DNA from: a virus
Lineage: Duplodnaviria > Caudoviricetes
Direction: 5' to 3' (one strand)
IMG/VR virus record: IMGVR_UViG_3300005538_000014
Coordinates: 1 to 57,559 of that record
Length of the DNA: 57,559 bases
Within the stretch, counting starts at the first letter, position 1, and the number at the start of each line of letters is the position of its first letter. Shown piece after piece: positions 27,369 through 37,700 of the stretch. Below the pieces are notes generated by a model that searched no databases, had not been told where the DNA came from, and saw only the letters and a list, made by a program, of their open reading frames with translations. Both the position numbers and the translations under genes were made by a program.

Positions 27369-28249
27369 TACGTTCCCCTTTTGATTCGGTTTCTGAGGTC
27401 GAGCATGAATCGCTCGGTGTGTTCGGCGGCTTCATCCGGCCCCATGCCGAACGCCCTCTCCGAAAACTCTTTGATCGATTGCGCGCACGGCGTTCCGAGT
27501 TTGCCGTCACGAATTGCTTTCGAGATTTGCTCGCGGTAATCGAAATAATTGAGCGGCTTGCCTTGCAGCGATTGCTCGCGCAGCGAGCCGCCACCAGTGA
27601 GCGCGGCGGAATCTGTACCGTAACCAGCCGTCAGCGCCTTGGTGATGTCGAAGCCGCCTGGCGTCCAACACTTGGCGAACGCACCAACGGGAACCGTCGC
27701 GCACGCGTCTACGTGCTGGTTCACCGGAGTTTTGGACATGCCGATGTTGTGCCAGCGCAAACTCTTGATGATCACGCGGCGGGACTGCGTTTTCGGATCG
27801 ACTTCAACAGCCTTGTTAAGGGCTTGCCCGCCAACGCTCGCGTACCAGCGAGCGGGAGGGTGACAATCGGTCAGAGACGACCAAAACTGGTTCGCCTTTT
27901 CGGCGGCCGGGCCGTTTCCGCTATAGATTTCACATTTGACGAAGGTCTGGTTGCCGCTCGGGCGTACCTCTTTCGGCTGACCAATCTCGTAGGTAGCGGA
28001 ATCGGGAATGCCGAGCCGCGGCCCGATTTTGGTGAAATGCTCGATGTCCACATTGCCGTAGCGGAGGTAATAGTCGGCCGACTCCTGCAACGCCTTGGCG
28101 ACGATGGTTTCGTTTTGAAGGTCCGTACCCTCGTTGGACGCCTCACAGAACAAAAAGCGTTTGCCGCCCTCGGTTCGGGGCGTCGCTTTGAACACGCCAG
28201 CAATGCTGATCGTGTCGGGTGCGGCAGCCAAAAGTTCGGCGTCGTTCAT
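27368..28249 (-). CDS. prohead protease
   Basis: EASNEGTDLQNE, GNVDIEH, IGQP, ASVGG, IGMSKTPVN motifs of the herpes/HK97-fold maturation proteases. Confidence 0.85.
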   Translation of the reverse strand: MNDAELLAAAPDTISIAGVFKATPRTEGGKRFLFCEASNEGTDLQNETIVAKALQESADYYLRYGNVDIEHFTKIGPRLGIPDSATYEIGQPKEVRPSGNQTFVKCEIYSGNGPAAEKANQFWSSLTDCHPPARWYASVGGQALNKAVEVDPKTQSRRVIIKSLRWHNIGMSKTPVNQHVDACATVPVGAFAKCWTPGGFDITKALTAGYGTDSAALTGGGSLREQSLQGKPLNYFDYREQISKAIRDGKLGTPCAQSIKEFSERAFGMGPDEAAEHTERFMLDLRNRIKRGT

Positions 28250-28263
28250 GCGCCGAACCGTAC

Positions 28264-28270
28264 CGTCACG
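28264..28270 (-). promoter_or_regulatory. late-promoter motif (CGTGACG-G-TACGGT-N7-ATG)
   Basis: 14 nt before ATG 28249. Confidence 0.75.
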
Positions 28271-28317
28271 ACTGATTTTGAGAGAAAATTGCGGCGTGGT
28301 GAATCACGCCAAGGCAG

Positions 28318-28548
28318 CTAATCCGGCTTTGCGAGCACGCGATCAAGGCGGCCGCGCTCCAAGACGAGCGCCTGATACTCCTCGGCCGCGGCCGCGTCCG
28401 TCAGGGCGCGTGAGCGCAGTTTGGCGAGATTGCCGTCAATCTCCTCGCGGCGCGCAGCCGCGGCATTTGCGATGCTGTGCTCGGCCCGCTTCTGGCGCAT
28501 TGACAGGCCAGCGAGTTCAGCGAGCGCGCCCGAAAGGTCTTCTTTCAT
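28318..28548 (-). CDS. small helical hypothetical protein
   Basis: ATGA overlap with the MTase stop. Confidence 0.6.
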   Translation of the reverse strand: MKEDLSGALAELAGLSMRQKRAEHSIANAAAARREEIDGNLAKLRSRALTDAAAAEEYQALVLERGRLDRVLAKPD

Positions 28549-29807
28549 GCCGCCAGGAGACTCCCTTGCGCGGTGTCACGGTCATACTTGCGGGCACCGA
28601 ACTCCACGCGCGCGGTCGCGATCTTCATATAGTCCCCATCACGCTCAATGCCGGTAAAGCGCAGCCCTGCGAGCATTGCGCCCTTGCCCGTGGAGCCACT
28701 CCCCATGAAGGGGTCGAGCACGATGCCGCCCGGAGGCGTCATAAGCCGGCAGAGGTAAGCCATGAGCGGCGTCGGCTTCACTGTCGGGTGATTGTTTCGG
28801 CGCTTGCGAGCCGCATTGAACCCTTCCCCGCCCTCTTCGATCACGTCGCCATTCGCCTCTTGCGACTGTGCGAGGTTCGAGCGTGCGAGCACCGCGTACG
28901 GCAGGTGTTCGCAGCCCTCCTCGCGATCCTGCTTTGACGCCTTGGCGCAATAGAAGAATCTGGCCGCGGAGCCGCCGAAATCATGAGGTGTCGCGGCCGC
29001 TCGCTTTTTGTACGCGCGGTAGACCGCCCCCGTGCTCGCGCTCGGCTCGTTACCATAGACAGGCGCTTGCTGGCCCGCGGCGGCCGGGAAGAGCGCCAGC
29101 ACCTCATCGCTGCCGTCGTGAATGAAATTGGCAGGCCAGCGCCCCTTCGGCGTCAGCACGGCTACATTCTCTTCGACGGACTTGGAATTGAAGCCCCACC
29201 CATCTTCCGGTCGCACATTGCGTGTGATCTCGCGGCCGACATCGCGCGCGTCCGCATCGGACACGGGCACGCGGCACCCATCGATCATAATGAACCCCGT
29301 GCCCCACTTGCGGATGTTCGACATGATGGTGCGCTCAGAAAGCGGCTTGCGCGCCCATACGATAGGCTCCCACGCGGGTTTGAGCGCGGTCCCACGCCCT
29401 TCGCCGGCAGAGTGGGATTTCGGCATGCCGGAGCCGTAGGCCCACGCAATTTGGTCGAGAATCTCGAACCCGGCATCCTCGATCGCGCACGCCATGCGGT
29501 GGTATCGGCGGGTTGCAGAGAACGCGACCAAGTTGGCACCGGGTTTCAGGATCCTCAGAACGGCGGCCCACGTTTCGGGCCGAAACGCGATGTCTCCGCC
29601 GTCCCACTGCTTTCCCATGAACCCGGCGCTCGCCCGCGCGAACGCTCCGTCCGTACCGAATTTCGCAGGAGCCGCGTTCGCGCCGCCGAACCGCTTGACA
29701 ATAGATGTCAAATGGTACGGCGGGTCCGTGACGCAGGAGTCAATCGAGTTTTCCGGCAGCAACGGCATGACATCCATGCAATCGCCGAGACGCAGATCAT
29801 ATCTCAT
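28545..29807 (-). CDS. DNA amino-methyltransferase (N4-C/N6-A, beta class)
   Basis: VTDPPY (motif IV) precedes HPTVKP and VLDPFMGSGSTG (motif I). Confidence 0.92.
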   Translation of the reverse strand: MRYDLRLGDCMDVMPLLPENSIDSCVTDPPYHLTSIVKRFGGANAAPAKFGTDGAFARASAGFMGKQWDGGDIAFRPETWAAVLRILKPGANLVAFSATRRYHRMACAIEDAGFEILDQIAWAYGSGMPKSHSAGEGRGTALKPAWEPIVWARKPLSERTIMSNIRKWGTGFIMIDGCRVPVSDADARDVGREITRNVRPEDGWGFNSKSVEENVAVLTPKGRWPANFIHDGSDEVLALFPAAAGQQAPVYGNEPSASTGAVYRAYKKRAAATPHDFGGSAARFFYCAKASKQDREEGCEHLPYAVLARSNLAQSQEANGDVIEEGGEGFNAARKRRNNHPTVKPTPLMAYLCRLMTPPGGIVLDPFMGSGSTGKGAMLAGLRFTGIERDGDYMKIATARVEFGARKYDRDTAQGSLLAA

Positions 29808-32800
29808 GTTGCCCCCGCCTGTTCGTGTTCCACAGAGCGTTTGCGCAGGAAATAGGCCAGCCCCGTATCGTCGAGACTCTCCATCGGCGTCGTCATAAGG
29901 TCGCGGAGCGCGTACTTGTCCCGCAGCCGGCGTCGAGCGCGATCTTCGTCAGGATGGTTCGCGACCAGATCAATCAATTCCACGTCGTGCTTCTGCCCGA
30001 TGCGGTCGACGCGGCCGTTGCGTTGGGCGTGCGTCTTTGCCGTGTCGGGAGTGTCCGTGTTGATCACGTATTGACCGCGTTGGGCATTCAAACCAGTCGC
30101 CGCGGCATCGCTCGCCACGAGATAGTCTGCCTTTGCGGCCCCGGCGTCCGGGTTAAACATTTGACCTTTGTGCGCTTTCGCTTTCGAGCCATCTTTACCC
30201 GTGATGCTGACGACAGAATGACCGTCGTTTGCGAGCCGCTTTGCGATCTGTTCGACGGCATCGAGCGAGTGAGCAAAGATCACCGCTGGCTTGCCCGGCC
30301 GCTCAGCAACGAGCTTGGCAATCGCGTCGACCTTGGCTCCGCCGTTGTTGATGATGTTGCGGATTGCGGCGTCTTTGGTGATTCCGAGGCTCTTCTGCAA
30401 TTCCTTGGCAACGCGTTCGTGCTCTTCTGCCGGCACCCCCTCGAACCCGGCCGGGTTCAACTTTTTCAGGCCGGGAACATCCACCTCACCGCGCATGCGC
30501 GCGAGGCGGATGTTCGCCACTGTCTTTTCGACATCGGCGAGGGCCGCCTTTTGTTCGTCGGAGAGTTCGACCTTGTGCTCGCTCCGCGTGGCCGTGATGT
30601 CTGGATCGATCTTTGATGGATATTGGAACCGCGCGAGTTCGCGGCGCAGGCCGTCCCGTGCCGCAATCGTGTCAGGCCCGTACCGCCGCATAAACGCATC
30701 GCGGTCGGTGTATCGTGCCGGGTCCATCTTTTGGAGCAGCGAGAATGCTTCCGAGGCGTCATTCTTTACCGGGTCGGCGGAGGCGTTGACGTAGTAAGGC
30801 GTCGTGTCCGAAAGCGCGTCGATCACGTTGGCGAGTTCCGAATCCTCCTTGCCAGCCCGATTGAGCGTGTTGTGACCCTCATCGACATTGAGATAGTCGT
30901 AATTGATCCCTTCGGCGCGCATGACGCCGCGGAGCCACAACTTTCTTTCCTCCCGCGACATCGCAGCGAGTTTTGCCGCCATGTCGTGTTCCGACAGCCC
31001 GGCTTGCTTTGCGCCGAGGTGAACCATGTCATCGCGGAACGCTTGGTGCGTCATCACGGAGAAATCGTTGGATTGATCCTTGTACGCGGCAATGCGCTCC
31101 TCCCGCGATGCGCCTGGCCGCGCGTGCCACTTGTATGTGCCGGGTTTGAGGAACCGGAGCGCATCGCCGTTGTACTGGCCTTGCACGATGGATGGCACGA
31201 GGAAGAGGCCCCGCTTGGCTTTGCCCTTCTCTTTCAGATTTGTGAACCCGGCCATGCCGATCAGCGTCTTGCCGCTGCCTGTCCCGAACGAGAGAACGGC
31301 GCGCTTATTGGCCTCGATGTACTTGATTGCTCGCTGCCGAGCCGCGTTCTTGCCGCCGCTAAACTCCGGCGTGATCAGCTTCACCGGCTCGCCCGGCCGG
31401 AAATTCCGGCCGACCACCGGCATCATCGCCGCAATCTTGTTCTCCGCCTCATGCCCGATGGTGACGCGCTCATCAGCTTCGAGCGGGCGGGCCTCATTCG
31501 CCGCATCCGATGTGGCGAAAAATCCCATTTGCGCCGCATCGAAACCAGCCTCTTGCGCTCGCGCCGCGTCGAGCTTGTGCCGGACGGAGCCGGGAGCGTA
31601 TTTGCCGGACGTGCGGTTACGAAGGCGGTCGACCATGGCCCGCTCTTTCGCGAGGCGAGCTTCCCGCGCCTTCGGGTCAACCGCATCAAGATGGTTCAGG
31701 TTGTTGCGGATAGACACGCGTCCGGTTTTCAGCGGGGCCTTGGGATTGAGTGTGTTGTATGCTTTCGCGAACTCGCCAGAGACGCGCGAGCGCACCAAGT
31801 CCTGTACCGCCGCATAGGCGTTCACTGGCCCGTGCATCGCCTCTACATATTTCGGCCACGAGAGCGTTGCGGCGTTGATTTGGGCCGAGAGATCGTCTTT
31901 GCGATTGCGCCAGGCGGACCATTCCGGGTTGTCCACCATTTCCCCGAACATATCTTCGACCTTGCGCTCAGGCTGTGCGGATTTGAGCTTGTCCAATTCC
32001 TCGCGCATTGCTCGCATGTCGGCGGATTCGCGAGCTACGTGTTCAGCGAAAAACTGACGGAGGCCAGCCTGATCTTGTGGCGACAGTTCCCCAATCGGCT
32101 TGTACGCGGCGACGCCTGCCGGTTCCGACGCAAGCGCGCGGTGGAGCGCCTCGGTCGACGTCTCGTTGATCTCGAATGACTGCCGCTGGATTGGCGTGCG
32201 CTCCTCGCCATACCGCGAGCGCACGAAATCGTCCGCCATCTTATCGAGCGCCGGTTGCAGCCGTTCAGGCGGGACCATCTTGCCGCCCTCATCCCAAAGC
32301 GGCAGGATTTTGTTGAGCGCATCGAGATACTCTTCCGGCCGGCCGGTTTTCTGAATGGTGTCGGCCGCTTGCAGGTCCGCGATAATGTCCGCGGCCGCGT
32401 CTCCGTCCGCGGCTCGCGCGCCAGCATATTCCGTGATGCTTTGCGCGAGATCGTCACCGGGCTTGAACGGTTCGGCGAATTGCGCCGCGACGCCGGGTTC
32501 TGGATGCAGAGTGAGGTCCGGCCGCGCAGCAACGCCGGGAGGAACCCAATTCTCTTCGTCGTACTTGCCGTTGATGATTTCGAGGTTGCGCTTCACTTGA
32601 CCGAGGTCGGCGCGGCTCACTGGCTCGGCAAGGCGATCCATGCCTTCCGGTGTAACAGTGAGCACGCGATTGCCGCCCGCGGCATCAATCGAGTAATCGC
32701 CGCGCTGCAAGCCGATGGCGCGGCATTGGCGAATTGCCTCTTCCACCGTCGCATGCCCGAGCGACACTTGAAGCGGCTTGTCAGATTTGCCGCCCTGCAT

Positions 32801-34306
32801 CGCCAGCACGAGAGCGGCGTTCGCTTCCATTTCTCCCATCGCCTGACCCAACACCTTTTTGGCCTCATCGATGGCTTCCCCGCGACGCCGGTTGATTTCT
32901 TGAAGCGCCACAATGTCATCGCCGGTCTCCGCTGTACCGAGTTCCATTTCGGCGGCGTGCGCCCGGAGTTCCTGTGCGCGTTTGATGGCCTCACTGGACA
33001 TCGTGGGATAGGTGTTAAGATGGAAATCTTCCATCCCTTCCGCAATTTGCTTGCATTCGGCGGGCGAAAGGTCGTTTCTGAGACGACGCGCAAGAACCTC
33101 GGCCGCTCCCGCAATCCCGAGAACGTCCACAACACTGCGATCAACGAGGGCGTGCCCGCCAGCCGCGAGCGCCAGCGCATTGATGGAATTGAACGCGCCA
33201 GCATTGATCGAGCCGGACATCGCTTTCACCGGGTCCGGGTCGTCCTTTTTTGCCTCTGCCAGAAACGCGCGAGTACTGATCGTGCGGAGATCGTTCGCGA
33301 CCTCCCCCTCTGTTGCTTTGTCGACCTCGGCGTCCTCCACCTCGATCACGTACCCCTTGGGTTCGGTTTCCGACGCCGCGATTTCCTTGCGCGCCGCTTT
33401 CGCCTTTTGCTCGGCGAGCTTGAGCTTCTTTTCCAGTTTCAGGAGTTCGAGCGCGCGCTTCGCGTCGACGAGCTTCGGCGCGAGCTTCTCATCCTGGCCC
33501 TCACGGATGGCTTCAAGGTTGCCCTTGACCAGCTTCGCAGTTTCACCGCGCGCGATGGCCGCCTTGCGTTGCTCCGGCGTGAGTTCTTTTTTCGACGCGG
33601 CCGCTTCGGCCGCGAGCGACTCCGGCGTGAGGCCCGCGTGCTCAGCGCGCTCGCGATATTCTGGCGCGAATCCGAGCGGGTTGTGCGGCCGTACCGGGTC
33701 GAGATCATCGACGGCAAGCTGTTCAGGGCTGTCGGAGAGGAGTGGAATTTCACCAAGGTCTGCTTCCGCGCGCACATCGGCGTCACCAAGCATCCGCTCG
33801 CGATTCAGGTTGACAGCCCCTTTGGCCTTTTTGACCATTTCGAGTTCGTGCGCTACGCGCAGCTTGTCGATCAGCGCCGGGTCTTTGCCGGCGACCTTGG
33901 ACTCGTCAAACTGCCATTGCTCGGGCCGCCAGCCCATCGCGCTCGCGACACCCTCCACGAACTCACTCTGAGCCTTGCGCCGTTGTTCCTGTACCTTTCG
34001 ATGCGCCTCTGCTTTTGCATCCTGCAGGCCAAGTTCGCGGTCGCGGTCGCGCTGCTTCTTGCGTGCCTCCCGCCGAGCGGCCGCGCGCTGCTTGATTGTC
34101 TCTTTGAGGTCCGACTCCTTGCGGACGCCAGTCAGCCGGAGGTGGTTCAACGCGCCTCCCGCGCCGCCGATAACTTTTGCGGAACCGTCAGGTTGATTCT
34201 GGATAAGGACAGGCTGACCCTTTGTGTCCGGGCCGTGCGGATGCACAGTAATCCACCGCTCGCCCGGAGCGAGCGCCTTGAAAACGAACACAACTGGCCG
34301 CGTCAT
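29804..34306 (-). CDS. 1500-aa protein with C-terminal SNF2-type helicase/ATPase
   Basis: SFGTGSGKT Walker A, VDEGH, SADP, ATGLNAQ, QRNGRVDRIGQ. Confidence 0.85.
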   Translation of the reverse strand: MTRPVVFVFKALAPGERWITVHPHGPDTKGQPVLIQNQPDGSAKVIGGAGGALNHLRLTGVRKESDLKETIKQRAAARREARKKQRDRDRELGLQDAKAEAHRKVQEQRRKAQSEFVEGVASAMGWRPEQWQFDESKVAGKDPALIDKLRVAHELEMVKKAKGAVNLNRERMLGDADVRAEADLGEIPLLSDSPEQLAVDDLDPVRPHNPLGFAPEYRERAEHAGLTPESLAAEAAASKKELTPEQRKAAIARGETAKLVKGNLEAIREGQDEKLAPKLVDAKRALELLKLEKKLKLAEQKAKAARKEIAASETEPKGYVIEVEDAEVDKATEGEVANDLRTISTRAFLAEAKKDDPDPVKAMSGSINAGAFNSINALALAAGGHALVDRSVVDVLGIAGAAEVLARRLRNDLSPAECKQIAEGMEDFHLNTYPTMSSEAIKRAQELRAHAAEMELGTAETGDDIVALQEINRRRGEAIDEAKKVLGQAMGEMEANAALVLAMQGGKSDKPLQVSLGHATVEEAIRQCRAIGLQRGDYSIDAAGGNRVLTVTPEGMDRLAEPVSRADLGQVKRNLEIINGKYDEENWVPPGVAARPDLTLHPEPGVAAQFAEPFKPGDDLAQSITEYAGARAADGDAAADIIADLQAADTIQKTGRPEEYLDALNKILPLWDEGGKMVPPERLQPALDKMADDFVRSRYGEERTPIQRQSFEINETSTEALHRALASEPAGVAAYKPIGELSPQDQAGLRQFFAEHVARESADMRAMREELDKLKSAQPERKVEDMFGEMVDNPEWSAWRNRKDDLSAQINAATLSWPKYVEAMHGPVNAYAAVQDLVRSRVSGEFAKAYNTLNPKAPLKTGRVSIRNNLNHLDAVDPKAREARLAKERAMVDRLRNRTSGKYAPGSVRHKLDAARAQEAGFDAAQMGFFATSDAANEARPLEADERVTIGHEAENKIAAMMPVVGRNFRPGEPVKLITPEFSGGKNAARQRAIKYIEANKRAVLSFGTGSGKTLIGMAGFTNLKEKGKAKRGLFLVPSIVQGQYNGDALRFLKPGTYKWHARPGASREERIAAYKDQSNDFSVMTHQAFRDDMVHLGAKQAGLSEHDMAAKLAAMSREERKLWLRGVMRAEGINYDYLNVDEGHNTLNRAGKEDSELANVIDALSDTTPYYVNASADPVKNDASEAFSLLQKMDPARYTDRDAFMRRYGPDTIAARDGLRRELARFQYPSKIDPDITATRSEHKVELSDEQKAALADVEKTVANIRLARMRGEVDVPGLKKLNPAGFEGVPAEEHERVAKELQKSLGITKDAAIRNIINNGGAKVDAIAKLVAERPGKPAVIFAHSLDAVEQIAKRLANDGHSVVSITGKDGSKAKAHKGQMFNPDAGAAKADYLVASDAAATGLNAQRGQYVINTDTPDTAKTHAQRNGRVDRIGQKHDVELIDLVANHPDEDRARRRLRDKYALRDLMTTPMESLDDTGLAYFLRKRSVEHEQAGAT

Positions 34307-34319
34307 GCGGTCAACGTAC

Positions 34320-34326
34320 CGTCACG
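34320..34326 (-). promoter_or_regulatory. late-promoter motif (CGTGACG-G-TACGTT-N6-ATG)
   Basis: 13 nt before ATG 34306. Confidence 0.75.
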
Positions 34327-34328
34327 CG

Positions 34329-34700
34329 TCAGCCGTCAATGTCTGGATCGAGCAGCATGAACCAATCGCCATCCGAGTCCGTCACATCGTTGCGACCCAT
34401 GTTGAACGTCGCGTTTTGGAGGTACTCAGTGGCCGCAGCCCTAAGCATACTTTCACCGGACGCGCTGATTTCCGCAGGGATGCGCGCGCTCACGGACGGA
34501 TCGTCGAAATCCCGCAGGATCGGCATTTGATGCTCATCGTAGAACCGCTTGAGCAGCCGCTTGACGAAAAACCAGTATTGGCCGAACAGACGATAGCGTT
34601 GCGGATCCTCAGAGAGGAGTTCGCGGACGTTCTTCGCAAACTCGCGCGCGTCAATCGGCTCAGGCGGCGAGTCGTTCATCGGATTCGTTGTCGTTTCCAT
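34329..34700 (-). CDS. hypothetical protein coupled to the DarB-like gene
   Basis: 123 aa, overlaps the end of the upstream gene and fills the gap to the next promoter motif. Confidence 0.65.
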   Translation of the reverse strand: METTTNPMNDSPPEPIDAREFAKNVRELLSEDPQRYRLFGQYWFFVKRLLKRFYDEHQMPILRDFDDPSVSARIPAEISASGESMLRAAATEYLQNATFNMGRNDVTDSDGDWFMLLDPDIDG

Positions 34701-37700
34701 CTTCTTCGTCCGTCGCGTCCGACTCGGCGTACTCTTTGACCGTCATGGCCGCCCTGTCGGCATTTTCATGTTTCATGTTCTCGTAGATCGAGCCAACGCG
34801 CGCACGCGCGATCTCGGGATGCTTCGCCGCGAGGTGTGCGATGGCAGACAGCACTTTGGGCGTCGGCGGCATCGAGAGCAGCGTACGAACCGCCTCTTGC
34901 GGATCGTTACTGGACGCCAGCATGGCCGCGGACAAATCGTGGTGCCCGGCCGAGTGCGACAGCATCGAAAGCGCCTCGCGCACCGTCATTTTTTCACCCT
35001 GCTTGATGCGGGTGTTATATGACCAGCTTCCGCCATAATAGCTGTACGACTTTTCATGGAACGAGCCGGAGAACATCTGTGCCGGATATTTCGGCTGCGT
35101 CGAGGCCCACCCCGTGCCGCCGCGCTGTGGAATCACGCTCGCCAGCGGCGCGTCGAGCTTGCCCTCGCGCTTCGCGTGCGCCCACAGGATGGCGAGACCT
35201 TTCTTGCTCCATCGCGGAACGCCGTCGTACCCAACCTCAACGGTGGGGACCACGGCCGAGATTGCTTCCGGCAGTGACTTGGCATGGCGCGCGGCCGCAT
35301 TCTGCGCGGCCTCAAATTGCGACTCCGCCTCTTTCTCGAATGTCGAGCCGAACACCGCCCGGCCAGCGTCAAGCCAGCGGTTGGACGACGCGCCGTACTC
35401 GCCAGGATACTTGGCTTTGAGCCGCGGCGTCTCGTTACGGCCGCGCTTGCCGCGCCGTCCATAGTCCGGCGTCGACTCAACCGCGAAATCCTTGGCGCGC
35501 TCATCGGCGATGAACGCAGCAATGGCCGCTTTCTTGTTCGCTTCGCTCGGCAGCATGAAATCATGCGTGTCGAGCATTTCCTTCGCCTCATAGCCGTTCG
35601 CGATAACGGCCGCGCCGCCGCCTTTCGGCACCAGAGGCAGTTTGTTCGCGCTCCAACGGTACGCTTTCAGGCCCTCTTTCAGGCGCGCTTGCAGAGAGTC
35701 ATAGTGCTTCTCCACGACCGACTCAGGGAGACGGCTGACCTCTTCCATCGTGGCGGCCTCGTCGACCTCGTTCTCCGCCTCGGCAGCAGCCTTGCGCTCG
35801 AACTCCTTTTTCTCTTCCTCTTCGTTGTAGTGGAAGGTTTTGGCATGAGCGAGTGTAGCCAGCTCGAACGGAATCGAGTTCCCCGTGTCGCCGTACGGCC
35901 GCGCAATGACCGGCGACTCCGAGTCTCCTGGATGGACGACCTTGATCACCCACTTGCCAGCGGCGTCATGCCCTTCGGGAATCTCGAAGCCGACGCCACG
36001 CTCCAAGGCAGCGCCAGTATGCGGATGCACAATGACGGGAGTGGTCGCGTCGAGGGCGTGCTTCGCGGTGAAATGCGGGTTGTTTTGCAGCGACTCTCGG
36101 GTGCGATCGATCTGGACCGCCAGCTTCTTGGCGCTGATCGTGTCCTTGTTTTTGAGCGCCGCGTAGCTCTGCTTCTTCTTTTGCAGCTTCACGAACTCGG
36201 CCGCAGCGTTTTCGCGTTGCTCGGCCTCGTACCGTTGAAGCGCGGCCGTCTTATCGGACTCGAACCGTGCGCGCGCCTCATCAGGATTGGTCGCGAGCAT
36301 GATCATCATTTCGTCGCGGGAAGGCTTGCCGCGTTCGAGGTTCTCGATGCGGTCGCCACCGTTCCAGAGCATGTCCTGCCAATCTTTCTTGGCCGAAACG
36401 GTCTGGTAGTAATAGCCGTCGAAGCTGCCCTTCGCGAGATAGGTGTGGATGCGGACCGCCTCCTTGAGGTTGCCTTGACGAAGACCGCGGCCGTTGCGTT
36501 GCTGAATCGCTGCCGGCGTCCATGGCAAGTCCATGTGGTGGATGTCCGTTGTGCCCTTTTGGAGGTTGACGCCCTCGCCCATCGTAGGAGTGTTGCCGAT
36601 GACGACCTTGATCTTGCCCGCGTTGAAATCGTCGCAAATGTTCTGCCGCTTGGCCGCAGATGGCGCGACTTGCGCGTTGATAATCGCAATCTGTTCTGCC
36701 GGAATGCCGCCCTTGATCAGTGCATCGCGCAGCTTGTCGTGAACCGCGAGGTCTTCCGCAAAGACCACCTGGCCGCCATCCTTTGCACCATTGACGATTT
36801 CTGTCACCGCGGCGTCGTACTTGGGAGAGATCGCGCCCTTGTATTTCTCCCCGTCATACATTTCGAGGTCCATCGCCGCGTTCATCATGCGGCGAATGAC
36901 GGAGAAGATGTGCTCCTCGCCTTTCGCGTCCCGCTTGCCAGCCGCTTCGCGCGCCTCTTCGCGCAACTGTTCGTAAACCGCTTGCTGTTGTGGCGTCATG
37001 TCGACGAGGTGCATGCGCTCATCGCGCTTCGGCAACACCAGCCCGACATCTTCCGCCGTCTTGCGGTCGATGTACTGGCGCATGATGTCGCGCAACTCAT
37101 CCATATTCTTGAAGCCAACCGTGACAAGACGGCGATAGATTCCGCCGTCAATCCCGAGCACGTTTTCCTCGCGGAACTCGCAGAAGCGGTCGAGGAACTC
37201 TTCGCTGTTGCGGATGCCAATTTTCTCGAATGCTTCCGGCGCTACATGGTGCAACATCGAGTAGACTTCGAGCGGGCTGTTTTTCGTCGGCGTCGCGGTC
37301 AGGAGATAGACATTGTTACCACCTTGCTGCGAGCGCACCCACTTGGCCTTGAAATCCATGTCGAGCGCGCGCTTGGACAGCCCGGAGCCGCCAAGGAACA
37401 GTGGCGATTGGCCGAACCTATCGCGAGCCTCGAAGAGGTTTTTATACGCATGCGCTTCGTCGACCATAAGCATGTCGACGCCGAGTTCGTTGAAATAGAT
37501 TGCGTCCGTACGCCTCTGGAAATCGCGCTTCGCGACAGATTGCGCGTGCTGCTCTTCCATCTTCTTTTCGAGCTTGGTACGCGCTTCCCAATCGCCGTGG
37601 TCGGCGCGGCGCTGCAATGCCTCTTCTTTTTCGGCGTTCAGCGACGCCTTGCGCTGCGCCCAAAAATCTTCCGCCGCGTACTGTGCCTTGATCGCAGGAT

